Positions 26,691-40,204 of a DNA stretch of 64,000 nucleotides are shown here, one piece after another (positions within the stretch are counted from its first letter, which is position 1; every line of letters begins with the position of its first letter). Under the pieces are notes generated by a model that worked only from the letters and a program-made list of their open reading frames with translations, did no database searches and was not told where the DNA came from. Position numbers and translations under genes: made by a program. Origin of the DNA: Eledone cirrhosa (Eukaryota); the NCBI GenBank assembly GCA_964016885.1, contig OZ024758.1:36394001-36458000 (forward strand). The letters run 5' to 3'.

Positions 26691-29600
26691 TAGCTGTCAG
26701 AAGTAACTCCACTGTTGGTGAGAATTCATTTAAGTTCATGGTATTAGCTGTCAGAAGTCACTCCAATGTTGGTGAGAATTCATTTAAGTTCATGGTATTA
26801 GCTGTCAGAAGTCACTCCACTGTTGGTGAGAATTCATTTAAGTTCATGGTACTAGCTGTCAGAAGTAACCCCAATGTTGGTGAGAATTCATTTAAGTTCA
26901 TGGTATTAGCTGTCAGAAGTCACTCCAATGTTGGTGAGAATTCATTTAAGTTCTTGGTATTAGCTGTCAGAAGTAACTCCACTGTTGGTGAGAATTCATT
27001 TAAGTTCATGGTATTAGTTTGTCAGAAGTAACTCCACTGTTGGTGAGAATTCATTTAAGTCATGGTATTAGTTGTCAGAAGTAACTCCATTGTTGTTGAG
27101 AATTCATTTAAGTTCATGGTATTAGCTGTCAGAAGGAACTCCACTGTTGGTGAGAATTCATTTAAGTTCATGGTATTAGCTGTCAGAAGTAACTCCACTG
27201 TTGGTGAGAATTCATTTAAGTCATGGTATTAGCTGTCAGAAGTAACTCCATTGTTGGTGAGAATTCATTTAAGTCATGGTACTAGCTGTCAGAAGTAACT
27301 CCAATGTTGGTGAGAATTCATTTAAGTCATGGTACTAGCTGTCAGAAGTAACTCCAATGTTGGTGAGAATTCATTTAAGTTCATGTTATTAGCTGTCAGA
27401 AGGAACTCCACTGTTGGTGAGAATACATTTAAGTTCATGGTACTAGCTGTCAGAAGTAACCCCAATGTTGGTGAGAATTCATTTAAGTTCATGGTATTAG
27501 CTGTCAGAAGTCACTCCAATGTTGGTGAGAATTCATTTAAGTTCATGGTATTAGCTGTCAGAAGTAACTCCACTGTTGGTAAGAATTCATTTAAGTTCAT
27601 GGTATTAGCTGTCAGAAGTAACTCCACTGTTGGTGAGAATTCATTTAAGTTCATGGTATTAGCTGTCAGAAGGAACGCCACTGTTGGTGAGAATTCATTT
27701 AAGTTCATGGTATTAGCTGTCAGAAGTAACTCCACTGTTGGTGAGAATTCATTTACGTTCATGGTACTAGCTGTCAGAAGTAATTCCAATGTTGGTGAGA
27801 ATTCATTTAAGTTCATGGTATTAGCTGTCAGAAGGAACTCCACTGTTGGTGAGAATTCATTTAAGTTCATGGTATTAGCTGTCAGAAGGAACTCCAATGT
27901 TGGTGAGAATTCATTTAAGTCATGGTACTAGCTGTCAGAAGTAACTCCACTGTTGGTGAGAATTCATTTAAGTTCATGGTATTAGCTGTCAGAAGGAACG
28001 CCACTGTTGGTGAGAATTCATTTAAGTTCATGGTATTAGCTGTCAGAAGTAACTCCACTGTTGGTGAGAATACATTTAAGTTCATGGTACTAGCTGTCAG
28101 AAGTAACTCCAATGTTGGTGAGAATTCATTTAAGTTCATGTTATTAGCTGTCAGAAGGAACTCCACTGTTGGTGAGAATACATTTAAGTTCATGGTACTA
28201 GCTGTCAGAAGTAACCCCAATGTTGGTGAGAATTCATTTAAGTTCATGGTATTAGCTGTCAGAAGTCACTCCAATGTTGGTGAGAATTCATTTAAGTTCA
28301 TGGTATTAGCTGTCAGAAGTAACTCCACTGTTGGTAAGAATTCATTTAAGTTCATGGTATTAGCTCTCAGAAGTAACTCCACTGTTGGTGAGAATTCATT
28401 TAAGTTCATGGTATTAGCTGTCAGAAGGAACGCCACTGTTGGTGAGAATTCATTTATGTTCATGGTATTAGCTGTCAGAAGTAACTCCACTGTTGGTGAG
28501 AATTCATTTAAGTTCATGGTACTAGCTGTCAGAAGTAACTCCAATGTTGGTGAGAATTCATTTAAGTTCATGGTATTAGCTGTCAGAAGTCACTCCAATG
28601 TTGGTGAGAATTCATTTAAGTTCATGGTATTAGCTGTCAGAAGTCACTCCACTGTTGGTGAGAATTCATTTAAGTTCATGGTACTAGCTGTCAGAAGTAA
28701 CCCCAATATTGGTGAGAATTCATTTAAGTTCATGGTATTAGCTGTCAGAAGTCACTCCAATGTTGGCGAGAATTCATTTAAGTTCATGGTATTAGCTGTC
28801 AGAAGTAACTCCACTGTTGGTGAGAATTCATTTAAGTTCATGGTATTAGCTGTCAGAAGTAACTCCACTGTTGGTGAGAATTCATTTAAGTCATGGTATT
28901 AGCTGTCAGAAGTAACTCCAATGTTGGTGAGAATTCATTTAAGTTCATGGTATTAGCTGTCAGAAGTCACTCCACTGTTGGTGAGAATTCATTTAAGTTC
29001 ATGGTACTAGCTGTCAGAAGTAACCCAAATGTTGGTGAGAATTCATTTAAGTTCATGGTATTAGCTGTCAGAAGTCACTCCAATGTTGGTGAGAATTCAT
29101 TTAAGTTCATGGTATTAGCTGTCAGAAGTAACTCCACTGTTGGTGAGAATTCATTTAAGTTCATGGTATTAGCTGTCAGAAGTAACTCCACTGTTGGTGA
29201 GAATTCATTTAAGTTCATGGTATTAGCTGTCAGAAGTAACTGCACTGTTGGTGAGAATTCATTTAAGTTCATGGTATTAGCTGTCAGAAGGAACTCCAAT
29301 GTTGGTGAGAATTCATTTAAGTCATGGTACTAGCTGTCAGAAGTAACTCCACTGTTGGTGAGAATTCATTTAAGTTCATGGTATTAGCTGTCAGAAGGAA
29401 CGCCACTGTTGGTGAGAATTCATTTAAGTTCATGGTATTAGCTGTCAGAAGTAACTCCTCTGTTGGTGAGAATTCATTTAAGTTCATGGTACTAGCTGTC
29501 AGAAGTAACTCCAATGTTGGTGAGAATTCATTAAGTTCATGGTATTAGCTGTCAGAAGGAACTCCACTGTTGCTGAGAATTCATTTAAGTTCATGGTATT

Positions 29601-32500
29601 AGCTGTCAGAAGTAACTCCACTGTTGGTGAGAATTCATTTAAGTTCATGGTACTAGCTGTCAGAAGTAACTCCACTGTTGGTGAGAATTCATTTAAGTTC
29701 ATGGTACTAGCTGTCAGAAGTCACTCCAATGTTGGTGAGAATTCATTTAAGTTCATGGTATTAGCTGTCAGAAGTCACTCCACTGTTGGTGAGAATTCAT
29801 TTAAGTTCATGGTACTAGCTGTCAGAAGTAACCCCAATGTTGGTGAGAATTCATTTAAGTTCATGGTATTAGCTGTCAGAAGTCACTCCAATGTTGGTGA
29901 GAATTCATTTAAGTTCATGGTATTAGCTGTCAGAAGTAACTCCACTGTTGGTGAGAATTCATTTAAGTTCATGGTATTAGTTTGTCAGAAGTAACTCCAC
30001 TGTTGGTGAGAATTCATTTAAGTCATGGTATTAGTTGTCAGAAGTAACTCCAATGTTGGTGAGAATTCATTTAAGTTCATGGTATTAGCTGTCAGAAGGA
30101 ACTCCACTGTTGGTGAGAATTCATTTAAGTTCATGGTATTAGCTGTCAGAAGTAACTCCACCGTTGGTGAGAATTCATTTAAGTCATGGTATTAGCTGTC
30201 AGAAGTAACTCCATTGTTGGTGAGAATTCATTTAAGTCATGGTACTAGCTGTCAGAAGTAACTCCAATGTTGGTGAGAATTCATTTAAGTCATGGTACTA
30301 GCTGTCAGAAGTAACTCCAATGTTGGTGAGAATTCATTTAAGTTCATGTTATTAGCTGTCAGAAGGAACTCCACTGTTGGTGAGAATACATTTAAGTTCA
30401 TGGTACTAGCTGTCAGAAGTAACCCCAATGTTGGTGAGAATTCATTTAAGTTCATGGTATTAGCTGTCAGAAGTCACTCCAATGTTGGTGAGAATTCATT
30501 TAAGTTCATGGTATTAGCTGTCAGAAGTAACTCCACTGTTGGTGAGAATTCATTTAAGTTCATGGTATTAGCTGTCAGAAGTAACTCCACTGTTGGTGAG
30601 AATTCATTTAAGTTCATGGTATTAGCTGTCAGAAGTAACTCCACTGTTGGTGAGAATTCATTTAAGTTCATGGTATTAGCTGTCAGAAGGAACTCCAATG
30701 TTGGTGAGAATTCATTTAAGTCATGGTACTAGCTGTCAGAAGTAACTCCACTGTTGGTGAGAATTCATTTAAGTTCATGGTATTAGCTGTCAGAAGGAAC
30801 GCCACTGTTGGTGAGAATTCATTTAAGTTCATAGTATTAGCTGTCAGAAGTAACTCCACTGTTGGTGAGAATTCATTTAAGTTCATGGTACTAGCTGTCA
30901 GAAGTAACTCCAATGTTGGTGAGAATTCATTTAAGTTCATGGTATTAGCTGTCAGAAGGAACTCCACTGTTGCTGAGAATTCATTTAAGTTCATGGTATT
31001 AGCTGTCAGAAGTAACTCCACTGTTGGTGAGAATTCATTTAAGTTCATGGTACTAGCTGTCAGAAGTAACTCCACTGTTGGTGAGAATTCATTTAAGTTC
31101 ATAGTATTAGCTGTCAGAAGTCACTCCAATGTTGGTGAGAATTCATTTAAGTTCATGGTATTAGCTGTCAGAAGTCACTCCACTGTTGGTGAGAATTCAT
31201 TTAAGTTCATGGTACTAGCTGTCAGAAGTAACCCCAATGTTGGTGAGAATTCATTTAAGTTCATGTTATTAGCTGTCAGAAGTCACTCCAATGTTGGTGA
31301 GAATTCATTTAAGTTCTTGGTATTAGCTGTCAGAAGTAACTCCACTGTTGGTGAGAATTCATTTAAGTTCATGGTATTAGTTTGTCAGAAGTAACTCCAC
31401 TGTTGGTGAGAATTCATTTAAGTCATGGTATTAGTTGTCAGAAGTAACTCCATTGTTGTTGAGAATTCATTTAAGTTCATGGTATTAGCTGTCAGAAGGA
31501 ACTCCACTGTTGGTGAGAATTCATTTAAGTTCATGGTATTAGCTGTCAGAAGTAACTCCACTGTTGGTGAGAATTCATTTAAGTCATGGTATTAGCTGTC
31601 AGAAGTAACTCCATTGTTGGTGAGAATTCATTTAAGTCATGGTACTAGCTGTCAGAAGTAACTCCAATGTTGGTGAGAATTTATTTAAGTCATGGTACTA
31701 GCTGTCAGAAGTAACTCCAATGTTGGTGAGAATTCATTTAAGTTCATGTTATTAGCTGTCAGAAGGAACTCCACTGTTGGTGAGAATACATTTAAGTTCA
31801 TGGTACTAGCTGTCAGAAGTAACCCCAATGTTGGTGAGAATTCATTTAAGTTCATGGTATTAGCTGTCAGAAGTCACTCCAATGTTGGTGAGAATTCATT
31901 TAAGTTCATGGTATTAGCTGTCAGAAGTAACTCCACTGTTGGTAAGAATTCATTTAAGTTCATGGTATTAGCTGTCAGAAGTAACTCCACTGTTGGTGAG
32001 AATTCATTTAAGTTCATGGTATTAGCTGTCAGAAGGAACGCCACTGTTGGTGAGAATTCATTTAAGTTCATGGTATTAGCTGTCAGAAGTAACTCCACTG
32101 TTGGTGAGAATTCATTTACGTTCATGGTACTAGCTGTCAGAAGTAATTCCAATGTTGGTGAGAATTCATTTAAGTTCATGGTATTAGCTGTCAGAAGGAA
32201 CTCCACTGTTGGTGAGAATTCATTTAAGTTCATGGTATTAGCTGTCAGAAGGAACTCCAATGTTGGTGAGAATTCATTTAAGTCATGGTACTAGCTGTCA
32301 GAAGTAACTCCACTGTTGGTGAGAATTCATTTAAGTTCATGGTATTAGCTGTCAGAAGGAACGCCACTGTTGGTGAGAATTCATTTAAGTTCATGGTATT
32401 AGCTGTCAGAAGTAACTCCACTGTTGGTGAGAATACATTTAAGTTCATGGTACTAGCTGTCAGAAGTAACTCCAATGTTGGTGAGAATTCATTTAAGTTC
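23990..32500. repeat. ~4.3-kb tandem duplication (offset 4255, then 4363 bp; ~79-81 monomers)
   Basis: CCCAATATTGG at 24453/28708 is +4255. ORFs 24961/29324, 25929/30292, 26360/30723, 27329/31692 and 27922/32285 are +4363. Rare SNPs TTCTTGG (26954/31317) and TGTTGTTGAG (27096/31459) are also +4363. Confidence 0.88.
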
Positions 32501-35500
32501 ATGGTATTAGCTGTCAGAAGGAACTCCACTGTTGGTGAGAATTCATTTAAGTTCATGGTATTAGCTGTCAGAAGTAACTCCACTGTTGGTGAGAATTCAT
32601 TTAAGTCATGGTATTAGCTGTCAGAAGTAACTCCATTGTTGGTGAGAATTCATTTAAGTCATGGTACTAGCTGTCAGAAGTAACTCCAATGTTGGTGAGA
32701 ATTCATTTAAGTCATGGTACTAGCTGTCAGAAGTAACTCCAATGTTGGTGAGAATTCATTTAAGTTCATGTTATTAGCTGTCAGAAGGAACTCCACTGTT
32801 GGTGAGAATACATTTAAGTTCATGGTACTAGCTGTCAGAAGTAACCCCAATGTTGGTGAGAATTCATTTAAGTTCATGGTATTAGCTGTCAGAAGTCACT
32901 CCAATGTTGGTGAGAATTCATTTAAGTTCATGGTATTAGCTGTCAGAAGTAACTCCACTGTTGGTAAGAATTCATTTAAGTTCATGGTATTAGCTGTCAG
33001 AAGTAACTCCACTGTTGGTGAGAATTCATTTAAGTTCATGGTATTAGCTGTCAGAAGGAACGCCACTGTTGGTGAGAATTCATTTAAGTTCATGGTATTA
33101 GCTGTCAGAAGTAACTCCACTGTTGGTGAGAATTCATTTAAGTTCATGGTACTAGCTGTCAGAAGTACTCCAATGTTGGTCAGAATTCATTTAAGTTCAT
33201 GGTATTAGCTGTCAGAAGGAACTCCACTGTTGCTGAGAATTCATTTAAGTTCATGGTATTAGCTGTCAGAAGTAACTCCACTGTTGGTGAGAATTCATTT
33301 AAGTTCATGGTACTAGCTGTCAGAAGTAACTCCACTGTTGGTGAGAATTCATTTAAGTTCATGGTATTAGCTGTCAGAAGTCACTCCAATGTTGGTGAGA
33401 ATTCATTTAAGTTCATGGTATTAGCTGTCAGAAGTCACTCCACTGTTGGTGAGAATTCATTTAAGTTCATGGTATTAGCTGTCAGAAGTAACTCCACTGT
33501 TGGTGAGAATTCATTTAAGTCATGGTATTAGCTGTCAGCAGTAACTCCAATGTTGGTGAGAATTCATTTAAGTTCATGGTATTAGCTGTCAGAAGTCACT
33601 CCACTGTTGGTGAGAATTCATTTAAGTTCATGGTACTAGCTGTCAGAAGTAACCCCAATGTTGGTGAGAATTCATTTAAGTTCATGGTATTAGCTGTCAG
33701 AAGTCACTCCAATGTTGGTGAGAATTCATTTAAGTTCATGGTATTAGTTGTCAGAAGTAACTCCACTGTTGGTGAGAATTCATTTAAGTTCATAGTATTA
33801 GCTGTCAGAAGTAACTCCACTGTTGGTGAGAATTCATTTAAGTTCATGGTATTAGCTGTCAGAAGTAACTCCACTGTTGGTGAGAATTCATTTAAGTTCA
33901 TGGTATTAGCTGTCAGAAGGAACTCCAATGTTGGTGAGAATTCATTTAAGTCATGGTACTAGCTGTCAGAAGTAACTCCACTGTTGGTGAGAATTCATTT
34001 AAGTTCATGGTATTAGCTGTCAGAAGGAACGCCACTGTTGGTGAGAATTCATTTAAGTTCATGGTATTAGCTGTCAGAAGTAACTCCACTGTTGGTGAGA
34101 ATTCATTTAAGTTCATGGTACTAGCTGTCAGAAGTAACTCCAATGTTGGTGAGAATTCATTTAAGTTCATGGTATTAGCTGTCAGAACGAACTCCACTGT
34201 TGCTGAGAATTCATTTAAGTTCATGGTATTAGCTGTCAGAAGTAACTCCACTGTTGGTGAGAATTCATTTAAGTTCATGGTACTAGCTGTCAGAAGTAAC
34301 TCCACTGTTGGTGAGAATTCATTTAAGTTCATGGTATTAGCTGTCAGAAGTCACTCCAATGTTGGTGAGAATTCATTTAAGTTCATGGTATTAGCAGTCA
34401 GAAGTCACTCCACTGTTGGTGAGAATTCATTTAAGTTCATGGTACTAGCTGTCAGAAGTAACCCCAATGTTGGTGAGAATTCATTTAAGTTCATGGTATT
34501 AGCTGTCAGAAGTCACTCCAATGTTGGTGAGAATTCATTTAAGTTCATGGTATTAGCTGTCAGAAGTAACCCCACTGTTGGTGAGAATTCATTTAAGTTC
34601 ATGGTATTAGTTTGTCAGAAGTAACTCCACTGTTGGTGAGAATTCATTTAAGTCATGGTATTAGTTGTCAGAAGTAACTCCAATGTTGGTGAGAATTCAT
34701 TTAAGTTCATGGTATTAGCTGTCAGAAGGAACTCCACTGTTGGTGAGAATTCATTTAAGTTCATGGTATTAGCTGTCAGAAGTAACTCCACTGTTGGTGA
34801 GAATTCATTTAAGTCATGGTATTAGCTGTCAGAAGTAACTCCATTGTTGGTGAGAATTCATTTAAGTCATGGTACTAGCTGTCAGAAGTAACTCCAATGT
34901 TGGTGAGAATTCATTTAAGTTCATGGTACTAGCTGTCAGAAGTAACCCCAATGTTGGTGAGAATTCATTTAAGTTCATGGTATTAGCTGTCAGAAGTCAC
35001 TCCAATGTTGGTGAGAATTCATTTAAGTTCATGGTATTAGCTGTCAGAAGTAACTCCACTGTTGGTGAGAATTCATTTAAGTTCATGGTATTAGCTGTCA
35101 GAAGTAACTCCACTGTTGGTGAGAATTCATTTAAGTTCATGGTATTAGCTGTTAGAAGGATCTCCAATGTTGGTGAGAATTCATTTAAGTCATGGTACTA
35201 GCTGTCAGAAGTAACTCCACTGTTGGTGAGAATTCATTTAAGTTCATGGTATTAGCTGTCAGAAGGAACGCCACTGTTGGTGAGAATTCATTTAAGTTCA
35301 TGGTATTAGCTGTCAGAAGTAACTCCACTGTTGGTGAGAATTCATTTAAGTTCATGGTACTAGCTGTCAGAAGTAACTCCAATGTTGGTGAGAATTCATT
35401 TAAGTTCATGGTATTAGCTGTCAGAACGAACTCCACTGTTGCTGAGAATTCATTTAAGTTCATGGTATTAGCTGTCAGAAGTAACTCCACTGTTGGTGAG

Positions 35501-36399
35501 AATTCATTTATGTTCATGGTACTAGCTGTCAGAAGTAACTCCACTGTTGGTGAGAATTCATTTAAGTTGATGGTATTAGCTGTCAGAAGTCACTCCAATG
35601 TTGGTGAGAATTCATTTAAGTTCATGGTATTAGCAGTCAGAAGTCACTCCACTGTTGGTGAGAATTCATTTAAGTTCATGGTACTAGCTGTCAGAAGTAA
35701 CCCCAATGTTGGTGAGAATTCATTTAAGTTCATGGTATTAGCTGTCAGAAGGAACTCCACTGTTGGTGAGAATTCATTTAAGTTCATGGTATTAGCTGTC
35801 AGAAGTAACTCCACTGTTGGTGAGAATTCATTTAAGTCATGGTATTAGCTGTCAGAAGTAACTCCATTGTTGGTGAGAATTCATTTAAGTCATGGTACTA
35901 GCTGTCAGAAGTAACTCAAATGTTGGTGAGAATTCATTTAAGTCATGGTACTAGCTGTCAGAAGTAACTCCAATGTTGGTGAGAATTCATTTAAGTTCAT
36001 GTTATTAGCTGTCAGAAGGAACTCCACTGTTGGTGAGAATACATTTAAGTTCATGGTACTAGCTGTCAGAAGTAACCCCAATGTTGGTGAGAATTCATTT
36101 AAGTTCATGGTATTAGCTGTCAGAAGTCACTCCAATGTTGGTGAGAATTCATTTAAGTTCATGGTATTAGCTGTCAGAAGTAACTCCACTGTTGGTAAGA
36201 ATTCATTTAAGTTCATGGTATTAGCTGTCAGAAGTAACTCCACTGTTGGTGAGAATTCATTTAAGTTCATGGTATTAGCTGTCAGAAGGAACGCCACTGT
36301 TGGTGAGAATTCATTTAAGTTCATGGTATTAGCTGTCAGAAGTAACTCCACTGTTGGTGAGAATTCATTTAAGTTCATGGTACTAGCTGTCAGAAGTAA

Positions 36400-38950
36400 C
36401 TCCAATGTTGGTCAGAATTCATTTAAGTTCATGGTATTAGCTGTCAGAAGGAACTCCACTGTTGCTGAGAATTCATTTAAGGTCATGGTATTAGCTGTCA
36501 GAAGTAACTCCACTGTTGGTGAGAATTCATTTAAGTTCATGGTACTAGCTGTCAGAAGTAACTCCACTGTTGGTGAGAATTCATTTAAGTTCATGGTATT
36601 AGCTGTCAGAAGTCACTCCAACGTTGGTGAGAATTCATTTAAGTTCATGGTATTAGCTGTCAGAAGTAACTCCACTGTTGGTGAGAATTCATTTAAGTTC
36701 ATGGTATTAGCTGTCAGAAGTAACTCCACTGTTGGTGAGAATTCATTTAAGTTCATGGTATTAGCTGTCAGAAGTAACTCCACTGTTGGTGAGAATTCAT
36801 TTAAGTTCATGGTATTAGCTGTCAGAAGGAACTCCAATGTTGGTGAGAATTCATTTAAGTCATGGTACTAGCTGTCAGAAGTAACTCCACTGTTGGTGAG
36901 AATTCATTTAAGTTCATGGTATTAGCTGTCAGAAGGAACGCCACTGTTGGTGAGAATTCATTTAAGTTCATGGTATTAGCTGTCAGAAGTAACTCCACTG
37001 TTGGTGAGAATTCATTTAAGTTCATGGTACTAGCTGTCAGAAGTAACTCCAATGTTGGTGAGAATTCATTTAAGTTCATGGTATTAGCTGTCAGAACGAA
37101 CTCCACTGTTGCTGAGAATTCATTTAAGTTCATGGTATTAGCTGTCAGAAGTAACTCCACTGTTGGTGAGAATTCATTTAAGTTCATGGTACTAGCTGTC
37201 AGAAGTAACTCCACTGTTGGTGAGAATTCATTTAAGTTCATGGTATTAGCTGTCAGAAGTCACTCCAATGTTGGTGAGAATTCATTTAAGTTCATGGTAT
37301 TAGCAGTCAGAAGTCAGTCCACTGTTGGTGAGAATTCATTTAAGTTCATGGTACTAGCTGTCAGAAGTAACCCCAATGTTGGTGAGAATTCATTTAAGTT
37401 CATGGTATTAGCTGTCAGAAGTCACTCCAATGTTGGTGAGAATTCATTTAAGTTCATGGTATTAGCTGTCAGAAGTAACTCCACTGTTGGTGAGAATTCA
37501 TTTAAGTTCATGGTATTAGTTTGTCAGAAGTAACTCCACTGTTGGTGAGAATTCATTTAAGTCATGGTATTAGTTGTCAGAAGTAACTCCAATGTTGGTC
37601 AGAATTCATTTAAGTTCATGGTATTAGCTGTCAGAAGGAACTCCACTGTTGCTGAGAATTCATTTAAGTTCATGGTATTAGCTGTCAGAAGTAACTCCAC
37701 TGTTGGTGAGAATTCATTTAAGTTCATGGTACTAGCTGTCAGAAGTAACTCCACTGTTGGTGAGAATTCATTTAAGTTCATGGTATTAGCTGTCAGAAGT
37801 CACTCCAACGTTGGTGAGAATTCATTTAAGTTCATGGTATTAGCTGTCAGAAGTCACTCCACTGTTGGTGAGAATTCATTTAAGTTCATGGTACTAGCTG
37901 TCAGAAGTAACCCCAATGTTGGTGAGAATTCATTTAAGTTCATGGTATTAGCTGTCAGAAGTCACTCCAATGTTGGTGAGAATTCATTTAAGTTCATGGT
38001 ATTAGCTGTCAGAAGTAACTCCACTGTTGGTGAGAATTCATTTAAGTTCATGGTATTAGCTGTCAGAAGTAACTCCACTGTTGGTGAGAATTCATTTAAG
38101 TTCATGGTATTAGCTGTCAGAAGTAACTCCACTGTTGGTGAGAATTCATTTAAGTTCATGGTATTAGCTGTCAGAAGGAACTCCAATGTTGGTGAGAATT
38201 CATTTAAGTCATGGTACTAGCTGTCAGAAGTAACTCCACTGTTGGTGAGAATTCATTTAAGTTCATGGTATTAGCTGTCAGAAGGAACGCCACTGTTGGT
38301 GAGAATTCATTTAAGTTCATGGTATTAGCTGTCAGAAGTAACTCCACTGTTGGTGAGAATTCATTTAAGTTCATGGTACTAGCTGTCAGAAGTAACTCCA
38401 ATGTTGGTGAGAATTCATTTAAGTTCATGGTATTAGCTGTCAGAACGAACTCCACTGTTGCTGAGAATTCATTTAAGTTCATGGTATTAGCTGTCAGAAG
38501 TAACTCCACTGTTGGTGAGAATTCATTTAAGTTCATGGTACTAGCTGTCAGAAGTAACTCCACTGTTGGTGAGAATTCATTTAAGTTCATGGTATTAGCT
38601 GTCAGAAGTCACTCCAATGTTGGTGAGAATTCATTTAAGTTCATGGTATTAGCAGTCAGAAGTCAGTCCACTGTTGGTGAGAATTCATTTAAGTTCATGG
38701 TACTAGCTGTCAGAAGTAACCCCAATGTTGGTGAGAATTCATTTAAGTTCATGGTATTAGCTGTCAGAAGTCACTCCAATGTTGGTGAGAATTCATTTAA
38801 GTTCATGGTATTAGCTGTCAGAAGTAACTCCACTGTTGGTGAGAATTCATTTAAGTTCATGGTATTAGTTTGTCAGAAGTAACTCCACTGTTGGTGAGAA
38901 TTCATTTAAGTCATGGTATTAGTTGTCAGAAGTAACTCCAATGTTGGTGA
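36400..38950. repeat. ~1349-bp (25-monomer) tandem duplication
   Basis: The 223-aa ORF pattern is identical at 36862 and 38211 (+1349). The AGAACGA, TAGCAGTC...TCAGTCC, GGTCAGAA and CCAACG variants are shared. Confidence 0.8.
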
Positions 38951-40204
38951 GAATTCATTTAAGTTCATGGTATTAGCTGTCAGAAGGAACTCCACTGTTG
39001 GTGAGAATTCATTTAAGTTCATGGTATTAGCTGTCAGAAGGAACTCCAATGTTGGTGAGAATTCATTTAAGTCATGGTACTAGCTGTCAGAAGTAACTCC
39101 ACTGTTGGTGAGAATTCATTTAAGTTCATGGTATTAGCTGTCAGAAGGAACGCCACTGTTGGTGAGAATTCATTTAAGTTCATGGTATTAGCTGTCAGAA
39201 GTAACTCCACTGTTGGTGAGAATTCATTTAAGTTCATGGTACTAGCTGTCAGAAGTAACTCCAATGTTGGTGAGAATTCATTTAAGTTCATGGTATTAGC
39301 TGTCAGAAGGAACTCCACTGTTGGTGAGAATTCATTTAAGTTCATGGTATTAGCTGTCAGAAGTAACTCCACTGTTGGTGAGAATTCATTTAAGTCATGG
39401 TATTAGCTGTCAGAAGTAACTCCATTGTTGGTGAGAATTCATTTAAGTCATGGTACTAGCTGTCAGAAGTAACTCCAATGTTGGTGAGAATTCATTTAAG
39501 TCATGGTACTAGCTGTCAGAAGTAACTCCAATGTTGGTGAGAATTCATTTAAGTTCATGTTATTAGCTGTCAGAAGGAACTCCACTGTTGGTGAGAATTC
39601 ATTTAAGTTCATGGTATTAGCTGTCAGAAGTAACTCCACTGTTGGTGAGAATTCATTTAAGTTCATGGTATTAGCTGTCAGAAGGAACGCCACTGTTGGT
39701 GAGAATTCATTTAAGTTCATGGTATTAGCTGTCAGAAGTAACTCCACTGTTGGTGAGAATTCATTTAAGTTCATGGTACTAGCTGTCAGAAGTAACTCCA
39801 ATGTTGGTGAGAATTCATTTAAGTTCATGGTATTAGCTGTCAGAACGAACTCCACTGTTGCTGAGAATTCATTTAAGTTCATGGTATTAGCTGTCAGAAG
39901 TAACTCCACTGTTGGTGAGAATTCATTTAAGTTCATGGTACTAGCTGTCAGAAGTAACCCCAATGTTGGTGAGAATTCATTTAAGTTCATGGTATTAGCT
40001 GTCAGAAGTCACTCCAATGTTGGTGAGAATTCATTTAAGTTCATAGTATTAGCTGTCAGAAGTAACTCCACTGTTGGTGAGAATTCATTTAAGTTCATGG
40101 TATTAGTTTGTCAGAAGTAACTCCACTGTTGGTGAGAATTCATTTAAGTCATGGTATTAGTTGTCAGAAGTAACTCCAATGTTGGTGAGAATTCATTTAA
40201 GTTC